Position numbers and translations under genes: made by a program
Assembly: GCA_963801355.1 (NCBI GenBank)
Contig: CAWDEM010000008.1
Coordinates: forward strand, 672,001 to 736,000
Source of the DNA: Ignavibacteriota bacterium
GTDB lineage: Bacteria; Bacteroidota; Ignavibacteria; UBA10030; UBA6906
Reading direction: 5' to 3'
DNA length: 64,000 nt
Notes under the pieces: generated by a model
The model's input: only the letters and a program-made list of their open reading frames with translations
Databases searched by the model: none
What the model was told of the DNA's origin: nothing
Part shown: one piece after another, positions 19,815-29,161 of the stretch
Position numbering within the stretch: position 1 is the stretch's first letter
Layout: each line of letters starts with the position of its first letter

Positions 19815-21243
19815 TGGATGTTTCCCCGGGAACGTTGCGATAGGAGTTTTCCGGGAGGAGGCGTATGCCATTCTGGCGAATGACTTCCGCATACCAGTGT
19901 GCGGAAGTCCGGGGAAGCCGACGGCCCGTTGCATAGTCGACGTGATAGAGACCGAAGCGGCGCGAGAGTCCCGATGACCATTCAAAATTGTCCATCAATG
20001 ACCAGATGAAATAGCCCCGGAGGTCGATTCCCTGTGCAATTGCCTCATGTGCGGCGGCCAGGTAGGCCTCGAGGTACGCTACGCGAAGGGGGTCATCGAG
20101 GGTATCTCCCCCGGCGGGTGTGGGAAGTGCGCAGCCGTTCTCGGTGACGACAATCTGCGGGTGATTGTATCGCGCGGTAATCCAGTGGAGAAGCTTCCGG
20201 AACCCCCATGGTACGACTCCCCACCCCATGGCCGTGGTTGCCCACCCCGAGTGCAAAGAGAGGTGCACGTCCTGGTCTTCCTCAATTCCGCTGTTGACGA
20301 AGGGATGTGCCGGCGGATGGGCACCCGCTTGTGCATCCGCGGCATACATTGTTGTGTAGTGGTTCAAGCCGAAGAAATCCTGCGATCCGCGGATCATGGC
20401 GGATTCTTCGCGCGTGAAAGGAGGCAGGCGGCTTCCCAGCCGTTGCCGCATCACCTCCGGGTAGTCTCCGCGATAGAGCGGATCGGCAAACCAGCCGAGG
20501 AAGAACTCCAGCGAGCGTTGCGCTGCGGCGACGTCCGAGGGCGCACTGGTGAGCGGTTCGCGCCAATCGCAGTTGGTCGTCATCGAGATCAGGCCATTCT
20601 GGACGGCCTGGAACCTGTCCCTGTACGCGCGCGCTGCCATACCGTGTGCGCGCAGGATCGTGTGGGCTACCACGTATGGTTCCGCGTTCGAGGTGCGGCC
20701 GGGAGCGAATATCCCCTGCCCGTGTCCCAGAATCGACGTGACCCAGGGCTCGTTGAACGTCGTCCAGTGTGTGACGCGGTCTCCGAAGCGGTTGAAGCAG
20801 AGAACGGCATAGTCCCTGTAGATCTCCGCGAGCGCCGGGTTCATCCAGCCGTCGAGTTCCAGTTGGAGCGCCAGCGGAAGGTCCCAGTGATACAGCGTCA
20901 CCCACGGCGTGATGCCGTGCGTGAGCAATTCGTCGATCAGGTCGGAATAGAAGCGGATCCCCTCTTCATTCGGGGTACCACGTCCGGCCGGCAGAATTCT
21001 TGACCACGCGATGGAGAACCTGTACGCCTTGAGCCCCAGAGCTGCCATAAGCGCGACATCATCCTTCCAGCGGTGGAGATGGTCGCATGTCACATCGCCT
21101 GTTGAGCGATCGGCGATTTTGCCTGGTGTGTGGGCGAAGGCATCCCATATGGAAAGGCCTTTGCCGCCTTCAAGCCAGCCGCCTTCGATCTGGTAGCTGG
21201 CAGTCGCGGCCCCCCAGGCAAACTCTTTCGGGAAGGTCAGCAT
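19807..21243 (-). CDS. Beta-glucosidase, glycoside hydrolase family 1
   Basis: ATASYQIEG, TFNEP, VTENG, DNFEW. Confidence 0.95.
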   Translation of the reverse strand: MLTFPKEFAWGAATASYQIEGGWLEGGKGLSIWDAFAHTPGKIADRSTGDVTCDHLHRWKDDVALMAALGLKAYRFSIAWSRILPAGRGTPNEEGIRFYSDLIDELLTHGITPWVTLYHWDLPLALQLELDGWMNPALAEIYRDYAVLCFNRFGDRVTHWTTFNEPWVTSILGHGQGIFAPGRTSNAEPYVVAHTILRAHGMAARAYRDRFQAVQNGLISMTTNCDWREPLTSAPSDVAAAQRSLEFFLGWFADPLYRGDYPEVMRQRLGSRLPPFTREESAMIRGSQDFFGLNHYTTMYAADAQAGAHPPAHPFVNSGIEEDQDVHLSLHSGWATTAMGWGVVPWGFRKLLHWITARYNHPQIVVTENGCALPTPAGGDTLDDPLRVAYLEAYLAAAHEAIAQGIDLRGYFIWSLMDNFEWSSGLSRRFGLYHVDYATGRRLPRTSAHWYAEVIRQNGIRLLPENSYRNVPGETSNA

Positions 21244-21322
21244 GGGCGTCAGTGCTCCTCAGCATCATGGAATGTGATGGACAGGGAAAAAACAGCAGAA
21301 GTGCCGGCGGTGTGCTCTGTAG

Positions 21323-22933
21323 TCAGGAGCGGGATCTTCCTCCGGGTCGTGGCCTTCTCGCCGGGCCGCTGCGTCGCGGTACACGCGAGGCCTTCTTGCG
21401 GGGCTCCACGGTCCCTTCCGGGAGTGGTGGCAGTGGCTGGAGCAATTCGGCATCAGGGTGGACTGCCGGGAGGGACCGGCCGATAAATTTCTCAATTTCG
21501 GGGATCTGATATGACTCCGTTTCCGTGGCAAAGCTCACTGAGGTTCCGATCGCTCCTGCACGGCCGGTGCGACCGATGCGATGCAAATAATCCTGGGCAT
21601 CCATCGGGAGGGAAAAATTCACCACATGGCTCACACCGGCGATGTGCAGACCGCGGGCGGCGACATCTGTTGCAACGAGCACTTTGAATCGCCCGTTACG
21701 GAATGCTTCAAGGGTCTTCACGCGCTGATCCTGCGATACATCACCTGACAACAGCCCGCATTTGATCTCATACGCGGTCAAACGGTCTTTGAGGAATTGG
21801 GTCTCGTCCCGCCGGTTCGCAAAGACCATGACACGTTCCAGCTTGCGGACGGTGATCAGGTTGTACAGCACCGTAAACTTTTCCTCGTCGGTGGTAATGA
21901 AGACCACCTGGTCAATTGACGCGAGCGTCATCGCCTGTGGAGGGGTCACATCGACATGCACCGGGTCGCGCGTCCAGGCAACGGCAAGGCGTTGCACCTC
22001 CGGCGTCAGGGTCGCGCTGAAGAACATCGTTTGGCGTTTCCCTTTCATCGGAGTGCTCTCGATAATCCGGCGCACGTCCGGGATGAAACCCATGTCGAGC
22101 ATTCGGTCCGCTTCGTCGATCACGAGGATCTCGACGCTGCTCAGATCGATGTTGCCGTTGCGTTTGAAATCCAGCAGCCGACCGGGAGTGGCGGCAACAA
22201 TATCCACAAATTCATCCTTCAGAGTGTTCTGTTGCTTCCTGTACTCCATGCCGCCGAACACAGCCATCGTTTTGGACGTCGTGTACTTCGAGAGTGACTT
22301 TGCGTCCTTGTCGATCTGGAGCACGAGTTCACGTGTGGGCGCGAGGATCAGGGCGCGCGGTGTTCCTCTCTTGCGCGGCTTCGGGGCAGGTGTCCTGCTG
22401 AAATGGGTGAGTATCGTGATAAGGAATGCCGCCGTTTTGCCGGTGCCTGTTTGTGCCCGGCCGGTGGCGTCAGCGCCCGAGAGAGTCTTCTCGAGAATCC
22501 CCGCCTGGATGGGTGTGCAGTACTGGAAGCCGAGGTCAGAGATCGCACGCATCACTTCGGGTGGAAGGTTGAGGTCATGGAAACGGACCTTTCCTTCTTC
22601 GGCAGGGACGCTGAACTCCGCCGGATTCCAGAGTACCGGAGGCTGGCGGGGTTCCTGGGTCTGCCGCGGCGGTTGCCGCCGGGGTCGCTCTTGCTGCGCT
22701 TGCCGTTCCGGGCGTGGGCGGGGTGAGGTGTGGGTATCGCGTTTCTGGCCGGGTGGCGGTGCAGGGCGTGACGGCGTCACGCGCCCCTGCGGCGCACGCC
22801 TCGTGCGGGTTCGCTGCTCGCGGATCGCCGGGGACGGCGGATTCTGAGGGGGAATTATTGGGGTGCCGGAGGATTTCTTGCCTGAGCCGGCAAGCTTCTT
22901 GATCAAATCACCAATCTTTTTGAGGACAGTCAA
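21323..22933 (-). CDS. DEAD-box RNA helicase, RhlB-like
   Basis: CTPIQ Q-motif, AQTGTGKT, PTREL, DEAD, SAT, HRIGRTGR. Start uncertain: TTG 22933 preferred, track gives 22978. Confidence 0.92.
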   Translation of the reverse strand: MTVLKKIGDLIKKLAGSGKKSSGTPIIPPQNPPSPAIREQRTRTRRAPQGRVTPSRPAPPPGQKRDTHTSPRPRPERQAQQERPRRQPPRQTQEPRQPPVLWNPAEFSVPAEEGKVRFHDLNLPPEVMRAISDLGFQYCTPIQAGILEKTLSGADATGRAQTGTGKTAAFLITILTHFSRTPAPKPRKRGTPRALILAPTRELVLQIDKDAKSLSKYTTSKTMAVFGGMEYRKQQNTLKDEFVDIVAATPGRLLDFKRNGNIDLSSVEILVIDEADRMLDMGFIPDVRRIIESTPMKGKRQTMFFSATLTPEVQRLAVAWTRDPVHVDVTPPQAMTLASIDQVVFITTDEEKFTVLYNLITVRKLERVMVFANRRDETQFLKDRLTAYEIKCGLLSGDVSQDQRVKTLEAFRNGRFKVLVATDVAARGLHIAGVSHVVNFSLPMDAQDYLHRIGRTGRAGAIGTSVSFATETESYQIPEIEKFIGRSLPAVHPDAELLQPLPPLPEGTVEPRKKASRVPRRSGPARRPRPGGRSRS

Positions 22934-23021
22934 TGGGTGTGAGAACTCGCTTTCTGGAAGTGCACGGATGATATACAACGTACCGCATTATCGTGCGAGT
23001 TTCAAGCACAAAGGGGGGGTA

Positions 23022-23372
23022 CTATTGATTCCCCTTTCTGAGGCACGACCGCATTGCGGCGCCTGTCGCACCGGCCACGCCACCGGCGATGGCTGCAATG
23101 GCACACGTGAGCGGCACGAGTACCCATCCACTGCCCAGGTTGAGCATAAGGGCAACCCGGGCCGCGATGATTTCACTTTGCGTGAGAAACAGAGCCAGTG
23201 CCGCGAGTATCCAGACGGCGCCGGCACTCACCGCGCCCATCACGAGCGCATGGCAGGCCGGCATTGGAGATACAAAAGCCACCAGGAGAGGGATCACCAT
23301 GGCCCACCACCAGTAAGGGGTTGCCGCCTGGAGAATGAGAATGAGGGCGGCCGATATGATCGTCTTTATCAT
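23022..23372 (-). CDS. Hypothetical membrane protein
   Basis: Hydrophobic 116-aa ORF whose start overlaps the acylase stop (ATGA). Confidence 0.75.
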   Translation of the reverse strand: MIKTIISAALILILQAATPYWWWAMVIPLLVAFVSPMPACHALVMGAVSAGAVWILAALALFLTQSEIIAARVALMLNLGSGWVLVPLTCAIAAIAGGVAGATGAAMRSCLRKGNQ

Positions 23373-25993
23373 TTGGACCCCCTCATCTCTGTTTCACCCA
23401 CAATTCGATCATTATTCCGGTTGGGATCATTCAAGAATACGAGCTGATGGTAGCTCCCCTTCATCCACGTGTCCACGGAATTGTCATAGAAGACCGAGCC
23501 GGGACTTCCGGACTGTCCCCCCGGGTAGACCCCCCACCCTACCGGTGACGTGCCGAGCTCTACCGCCATTCGCCACGAGGGACCACCGGTCCGGCTGATG
23601 GCGTTCACCGTGTTGTAGTTGCCGGAGGTTGGGAGCTCCGATCTTCCGAGACCGGGGATCTGCGCAAGATGCCGTATGGAGGTCCCGCGAGATTTCCCCC
23701 ATGCCCAGTTGTCACTGAACGGTCCAAATTCTTTCGTCAGTTGCAGCACGGCGACAGAGAACGCGTTCCGAACGATCTCACCCAACGTTTCAACCCTGGA
23801 TGTGGTGCGGTCGTCCACGAACTGGCTCCCGGGATCCGAGAGCAGCAGGTGCAGCGTGACGTCGGCCCTGGGCTGCATGAGCATCACCCCATCCCTGCGG
23901 AGATCATCCTGCCAAACGCCTGTTTCGATCTCCCTCCACCAATACTCAAAGACCTGCGGGGAAATCAAGCGGGGGGCATAGTCGTATTTCCAGCCCTGCA
24001 ACTCCGTGAACGCCTTCGCCTCTTCAGTGCGTAAGGAATTCCCGTCGACGAGAGACAGGAGCAGGGGCAATGCCTTTGCGGCTCGAGGATTGACGATGTC
24101 AATCTGGAGCGCTTTCATATCTTCGATGGTCGCCTTCTGCGCATCCCGGAGCCGGTCGTTGATTCGTGTCGAGCGTTCGAAACCCGCGTAGTTCCAACCG
24201 AGATAGTACGGATAGGTGCTGTCGGCCGGAGGTTGATTGGCTGAACTCACAAAGCCCTGTGCGGGATTGAACACGTGGGGCAGGTGTGCGCGTGGCACCC
24301 ACCCATGCCATTCGTCCGCTGGATCTTTCCCATCCAGGAGGAACTTTCCCTGGTCCTTTCTACGGAGCGGCAATTTCCCATTGTGCCAGATGGCGATATT
24401 GTTGTCGGCATCTGCGTACACGAAATTCTGAGCGGGGCAGTCATAGCCATGCAATGCGCGCACGAAGTCGTCGTACGAATCGGTCATATTCATCTTGAGA
24501 AACGCATCGATCGCGTTGGATGAGTCAAGTGCAGTCCACCGCATGGCGTACCCGGAGGGAATCCGCTGATCCGGCAGCCGTTCCCCGGGCCGTGCGACAA
24601 CCGGGCCGTGATGGGTGTACACGACAGTCTCCACAACAGCAGGGCCTCCCCGTACGCTGATGATCTCTTCGCGTTTGTGTGTCGGGTGCCACAGGCCGGC
24701 GTGGAGGTATTCATTCAGAGAAGAATCTTTGAATGTGATCTCATACCAGTCAAGCACATCCGATCCGGCGTTTGTCTCGCCGAAGGCGATCGTCTTGTTG
24801 AAGCCTATGAGCACTCCCGGCCAACCCGGGGTTGAGACTCCATAGACGTTGATTTCGGGGGAAGTCAGCTGTACTTCGTACCAGATCGAAGGGAGTGTGA
24901 GGCCAAGGTGCGGATCGCTGCACAGTATGGGCCGCCCCGATGCCGTGCGTGAGCCGGAGAGTGCCCAGTTGTTGCTCCCAATGAACAGGTCGGCCTCCTC
25001 AACTTCCCCTTCAGCGATCGCAGCGGTACCGGGGATTCCCCCCGTCATGCTGCTGGCCTCAGGGGATTCCCCCATCATCGTGAGGGAATCAGGAGACCAC
25101 TCCATCTTCGTGCTGGCATCGGGGGATCTTCCCCTCATTGTGCCGTCATCGGGCAATCCCCCCCTCATCGTGCCGGCTCCAGGAAACCTTTCCGTCTTCG
25201 TAATGGCTGACGGGTGCTCAGGAGTCTCTCTGCTTGAAGAAATTCCTCCGGGCAGTGGAGCGAACTTCCAGGGGGTTCCTTTCGGGATCACCGGATCCGC
25301 GAACGGGAGGACATCGGGGTACAGGATCGACGTCAGGCTGTCGCCCAGGATATCGCGGGCGCGTGTCAGGGCGGCGTCGTTGTTCGAAAAGGAGAGTGTC
25401 AGTGCGAAATTGGAAAAGATGAGTGCGCTTTTGAGGGACGTCCACATCTCCGGGCTGTAGTCAAAAATCTTGAATTCCAGGGGAACGTGGCGTTCTTCGA
25501 GATCATTGATCCATGCGTTGACTCCTTCGCCAAAAGCTTCTGTGGCGACGTGCATGAACGGGTCTGCCTGGTGATTTCGCATGACGAGTTCCGCCGCGAC
25601 ACCCAACCCAATGCGTCGGTTGAAGCGATCCAGTTCGAGCGTGCGGGCACCGAGGACCTCGGAAAGGCGGCCCGCTGCGGCCCGGGCCTGGAAGTCCATT
25701 TGCCAGAGACGGTCTCTCGCCACGCAATATCCCTGCGCAAAGAAGAGGTCATGCACATTGCGCGCGAAGATGTGGGGGACATGCCGGTCATCCCACAGAA
25801 TGCGCACCGTCTCGTGCAGGCCGCTCAGTTCGAGAGTTGCAGGAAGCTCATCGGTGGAGCGGCTGTTTTGCCAGAAGCCTGCGAACGGGTTGAGGAATTT
25901 GCCCGGCGCGGGGATGGGGCCGTACCTCCAGTTCAGGAGGAAGAAAAGAGCCCCGGTCAGCAGGCACAAGGACAGCGGACGGATCCATTTCAT
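23369..25993 (-). CDS. Penicillin acylase family Ntn hydrolase (S45)
   Basis: VPHIFA, AQGY...DRLWQM, GSNNW beta-chain start, SDPHL, GGQSG. Start at MKWIRP. Confidence 0.93.
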   Translation of the reverse strand: MKWIRPLSLCLLTGALFFLLNWRYGPIPAPGKFLNPFAGFWQNSRSTDELPATLELSGLHETVRILWDDRHVPHIFARNVHDLFFAQGYCVARDRLWQMDFQARAAAGRLSEVLGARTLELDRFNRRIGLGVAAELVMRNHQADPFMHVATEAFGEGVNAWINDLEERHVPLEFKIFDYSPEMWTSLKSALIFSNFALTLSFSNNDAALTRARDILGDSLTSILYPDVLPFADPVIPKGTPWKFAPLPGGISSSRETPEHPSAITKTERFPGAGTMRGGLPDDGTMRGRSPDASTKMEWSPDSLTMMGESPEASSMTGGIPGTAAIAEGEVEEADLFIGSNNWALSGSRTASGRPILCSDPHLGLTLPSIWYEVQLTSPEINVYGVSTPGWPGVLIGFNKTIAFGETNAGSDVLDWYEITFKDSSLNEYLHAGLWHPTHKREEIISVRGGPAVVETVVYTHHGPVVARPGERLPDQRIPSGYAMRWTALDSSNAIDAFLKMNMTDSYDDFVRALHGYDCPAQNFVYADADNNIAIWHNGKLPLRRKDQGKFLLDGKDPADEWHGWVPRAHLPHVFNPAQGFVSSANQPPADSTYPYYLGWNYAGFERSTRINDRLRDAQKATIEDMKALQIDIVNPRAAKALPLLLSLVDGNSLRTEEAKAFTELQGWKYDYAPRLISPQVFEYWWREIETGVWQDDLRRDGVMLMQPRADVTLHLLLSDPGSQFVDDRTTSRVETLGEIVRNAFSVAVLQLTKEFGPFSDNWAWGKSRGTSIRHLAQIPGLGRSELPTSGNYNTVNAISRTGGPSWRMAVELGTSPVGWGVYPGGQSGSPGSVFYDNSVDTWMKGSYHQLVFLNDPNRNNDRIVGETEMRGSK
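25021..25200. repeat. Six degenerate 30-bp tandem repeats in the acylase spacer
   Basis: Units such as tgctggcctcaggggattcccccatcatcg and tgccgtcatcgggcaatccccccctcatcg, giving a 10-aa period. Confidence 0.85.
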
Positions 25994-26124
25994 CGCGTTG
26001 ATGAGGAGATTGTCGCGGAATATTGTCTGGGGCAATTTCTGCTGCAGGAGGAGTTTGCGGTATGGACCATGTACCTATGCACGTTTGCCGGTCAGGTCAC
26101 ACGGACGGTCCACTGCGCGTTCGT

Positions 26125-28068
26125 TCACTTGAGCAGGAATTCCTTCATGAACATAATCGTGGCATAGAACTCAAAGTCAGCGTTGCTCTTCTTTCCAAAG
26201 CCATGCCCCTCGTCTTTTGCCATGAGGTACCAGACGGGGGTTTGCCGACCCTTGAGCGTTGCCACAATCTGCTCCGACTCGCTTGCCGGAACACGAGGAT
26301 CGTTCTTCCCCTGGATCACAAACAGTGGTTTTGCGATCTTTGCTGCGTTGTTCAACGGTGCAATCTTCTGCAGGAACGCACGCATTTTCGGGTCACGCTC
26401 ATCGCCGTACTCCACCCGCCGGAGATCCCGGCGATACGGCTCGGTCCGTTCAAGAAACGTGACAAGATTTGACATCCCTACGATGTCTACGGCGCACCGA
26501 ATTTTGTCGGCATACATGCTTGCCACGGCGAGTGTGGCATGGCCCCCGTAGCTCCCTCCTGTGACCAGGATCCGGTCCCCGTCAAGTCCGGGTTGTTGCT
26601 TGATCCAGTCGAGCAGCGCCTCCAGATCCCTATAGGAACCCTCCCGCAGGAAGCCATTGTCGAGTTTCAGGAACGACTTCCCATATCCTGATGACCCTCG
26701 TATGTTCGGAAAGACAATGGCGTTGCCCATCTCATTGAGATAGTAGTTGTACCTTCCCAGGAAACCAGGCTGGAACTGCCCTTCGGGGCCGCCGTGGATA
26801 TCCACTATGACAGGGCGTTTACCCTGGAACTTTGACGCCGGCATGTACAAGAACCCAGAGATCATCTTGCCGTCAAATGTCTGCCACTTGACGAGTTCGG
26901 GTTGTGAAAAGTTGTCAGTGTTCAGCCCGCCCGTTTCGCTTTGTGTCCACCGCTCAATCTGCCCTGAGACCATGTTCAAGGAATACACGTCCGCCGTCGA
27001 GCGTGCCGATGAGAGGTTGAATCCGAGGTGGATATTGTCCTCGTGCCATTGGATGTTGGAGACCTGCCCGAACGGCAATTCCGGCATGGGGAGATCTGTG
27101 TGGGTTCCGGTTTCCATCACGTGGAGCACACCCACGCCGTCTTCGTTCGTCACATAGGCCAGCTTTGTCCCGTCTTTGCACAAATCAAATGTGGAGACGT
27201 CCCAGTTGATATGGGATGTCAGGTAAGAGTGCTTCCGGGTGCGCAGGTCTATGACTGCCAAGCGCATGAACTCGCTTGCATTGTCCGTCGTAGTGTAGAT
27301 ACTCTTGCCGTCAGCGCTGAATTTCCCTCCGCTATAGGCGACCTGCCCTGTTCCCTTTTCGGTGAGGAGCGTCTTAGCACCGGTGGCGGCATCGAAAAGC
27401 CAGAGGTACGACTCATTGATGGAAACCTCTTCCTGTGCAAGGATGGTTTTTCCATCCGGAGACCAGTCGAGTGTCCCCCAGGCTTCCCCCTTGTCGAGTT
27501 GGGCCAGGATCCGCCCGCCGTCAGGGTTGGTCGGATCCATGATGTAGAAATCATAGTCCTTGCCGTTCCGCTTGGTTGAGGCGTAGACAAGGCTGTCGCC
27601 TTTTCGAGACCATGCGCCGGGCATATTGCGTGACTTCCCGTCCGTCAGGAGTGTAATGGCCCCGGAGCCAAAGTCGTAGCGGAAGATCTGGAACCACTCC
27701 CCTCCACCCACATCCTTCACAAAGAGGAAATAGTCGGCGCGCGCAGGAGGGAATCCCCCGCCGAAGATGCGTTCAGGAAAGAATGTAAGCTGGGTACGGG
27801 CGCCTCCTGGGAACTTTATGTAGTGAAGCTGCGATGAATTGCCGAATCGTGTGCTGACAAGCATTTCCTTCAACTTCGGGTTCCAGCTCTGCAGCCATGC
27901 GGAGCGAAACTCAGTATAGCGTCCGACCTGCTCTGCGATCGTCGAGGGAACCGGTGGAATCCCGTCAATGACGAGGTTCTCACCCGGCACAACGGTCTGG
28001 GGTGTCTGTGAGAAAGCCAGCGCCACCGCGAGGGGAATTGCTGCAACGAGTATGCGCCAATACTGCAT
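26125..28068 (-). CDS. S9 family serine peptidase with beta-propeller
   Basis: IHGGPE, GGSYGG, NDPRV, EGHG; signal peptide; GGAGG RBS before ATG 28068. Confidence 0.93.
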   Translation of the reverse strand: MQYWRILVAAIPLAVALAFSQTPQTVVPGENLVIDGIPPVPSTIAEQVGRYTEFRSAWLQSWNPKLKEMLVSTRFGNSSQLHYIKFPGGARTQLTFFPERIFGGGFPPARADYFLFVKDVGGGEWFQIFRYDFGSGAITLLTDGKSRNMPGAWSRKGDSLVYASTKRNGKDYDFYIMDPTNPDGGRILAQLDKGEAWGTLDWSPDGKTILAQEEVSINESYLWLFDAATGAKTLLTEKGTGQVAYSGGKFSADGKSIYTTTDNASEFMRLAVIDLRTRKHSYLTSHINWDVSTFDLCKDGTKLAYVTNEDGVGVLHVMETGTHTDLPMPELPFGQVSNIQWHEDNIHLGFNLSSARSTADVYSLNMVSGQIERWTQSETGGLNTDNFSQPELVKWQTFDGKMISGFLYMPASKFQGKRPVIVDIHGGPEGQFQPGFLGRYNYYLNEMGNAIVFPNIRGSSGYGKSFLKLDNGFLREGSYRDLEALLDWIKQQPGLDGDRILVTGGSYGGHATLAVASMYADKIRCAVDIVGMSNLVTFLERTEPYRRDLRRVEYGDERDPKMRAFLQKIAPLNNAAKIAKPLFVIQGKNDPRVPASESEQIVATLKGRQTPVWYLMAKDEGHGFGKKSNADFEFYATIMFMKEFLLK

Positions 28069-28180
28069 GATCAACCTCCATCTTTGTTGGCAACAATCGG
28101 GTGCCCGTGGCTGGATGCGCGAGGCGAACCACGCCGCGCGCATGGAAAGCCTCACGTGAAGCGACGTGGGTGTGGCGTAG

Positions 28181-29002
28181 TCAGTCCTCAGACGTGTATA
28201 GGAGGGGATTCAGAATGCTCGCCGCCGGATCGTCAGCCTTCAGACCGGGCAGGAATTCTTCCATGTCAACACGCCGGTGTTCATGATTGGGATACATGAC
28301 GCGCGTCCCATCAGCGAAGTAGCTCACTGCGAGCGCTTCCCTGCGGGTGTCGCTATCGTTGCCAGATGTCGAGTGCAGGATCTGGCCCGAGTAGACACAT
28401 GCGTCACCCGCGTTCATCACATAGCTCACCACCGGTATCTTGTGGTTTCTGATGATGCGGTCGAAGAGCTGGTCGGCTTCATATGATGGAGGGACTTCGG
28501 GGAACTGCCCTGCGCGATGCGTACCAGTGGCAAACCGTATCGCAGCCATATTGAGGGTGATGTCGACAAGTGCAATCCACAGCTTCATTGTGTGATGGGT
28601 GGCCAGTGGCCAGCTGTAGTGATCCTTGTGCCACGGCGTGGGATACCCTCCCGGCTCCTTCACGAGCGCCTCATCATGATAGAGCCGCACTCCCTTGACA
28701 CCCATCAGCGTGGCGGCAATCCTCGCGAATCGCTTCGAGAGAACAAACTCGCGAATCTCATCGCTCTTCCGCCACACATTTGAGACGTATTCAAGCAGCG
28801 GCCTTGATTCATCCTGCGTCACCATCACATCACGGGTACTCGAGCACTCGTCGGCCAGCTTTGTGATCAGGGGGCCATAGTATTGAATTTCGTCGGGCGT
28901 GGCCACGCCGCGAAGAAGAATATGTCCGTCCCTACGGAAATTCGCACACTGTGCGACATCGATTGGAAAAACGCTGGCAAGATCGAAGGTTATCGTTTGC
29001 AT
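28181..29002 (-). CDS. Phytanoyl-CoA dioxygenase (PhyH) family 2OG-Fe(II) oxygenase
   Basis: TPWHKD, distal H (ILHS), NDSDTRR. Confidence 0.88.
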   Translation of the reverse strand: MQTITFDLASVFPIDVAQCANFRRDGHILLRGVATPDEIQYYGPLITKLADECSSTRDVMVTQDESRPLLEYVSNVWRKSDEIREFVLSKRFARIAATLMGVKGVRLYHDEALVKEPGGYPTPWHKDHYSWPLATHHTMKLWIALVDITLNMAAIRFATGTHRAGQFPEVPPSYEADQLFDRIIRNHKIPVVSYVMNAGDACVYSGQILHSTSGNDSDTRREALAVSYFADGTRVMYPNHEHRRVDMEEFLPGLKADDPAASILNPLLYTSED

Positions 29003-29069
29003 GCGCAGCCCTCCGCATTGTACCGCGGCAACTTCTGCTTCGAATCAAAGAGCTCTGGTGGGTAGTGGA

Positions 29070-29098
29070 AATGTATCGTTCTCGCGTAACATTGTCAA
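29070..29098 (-). promoter_or_regulatory. Putative sigma70 promoter for the PhyH gene
   Basis: TTGACA-N17-TACATT on the minus strand. Confidence 0.6.
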
Positions 29099-29105
29099 GA
29101 CAAAG

Positions 29106-29154
29106 GTCGCCTGACGACGGGTCTCCTGACGACGGATCTCCTGACGACGGATCT
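29106..29154. repeat. 3.3 x 15-bp tandem repeat
   Basis: gtcgcctgacgacgg gtctcctgacgacgg atctcctgacgacgg atct. Confidence 0.9.
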
Positions 29155-29161
29155 GAAGATA

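Noticed and set aside
28115-28143. GC-rich hairpin between the PhyH and S9 genes
   Set aside because: Imperfect, no U-tract and single copy; too weak to call.
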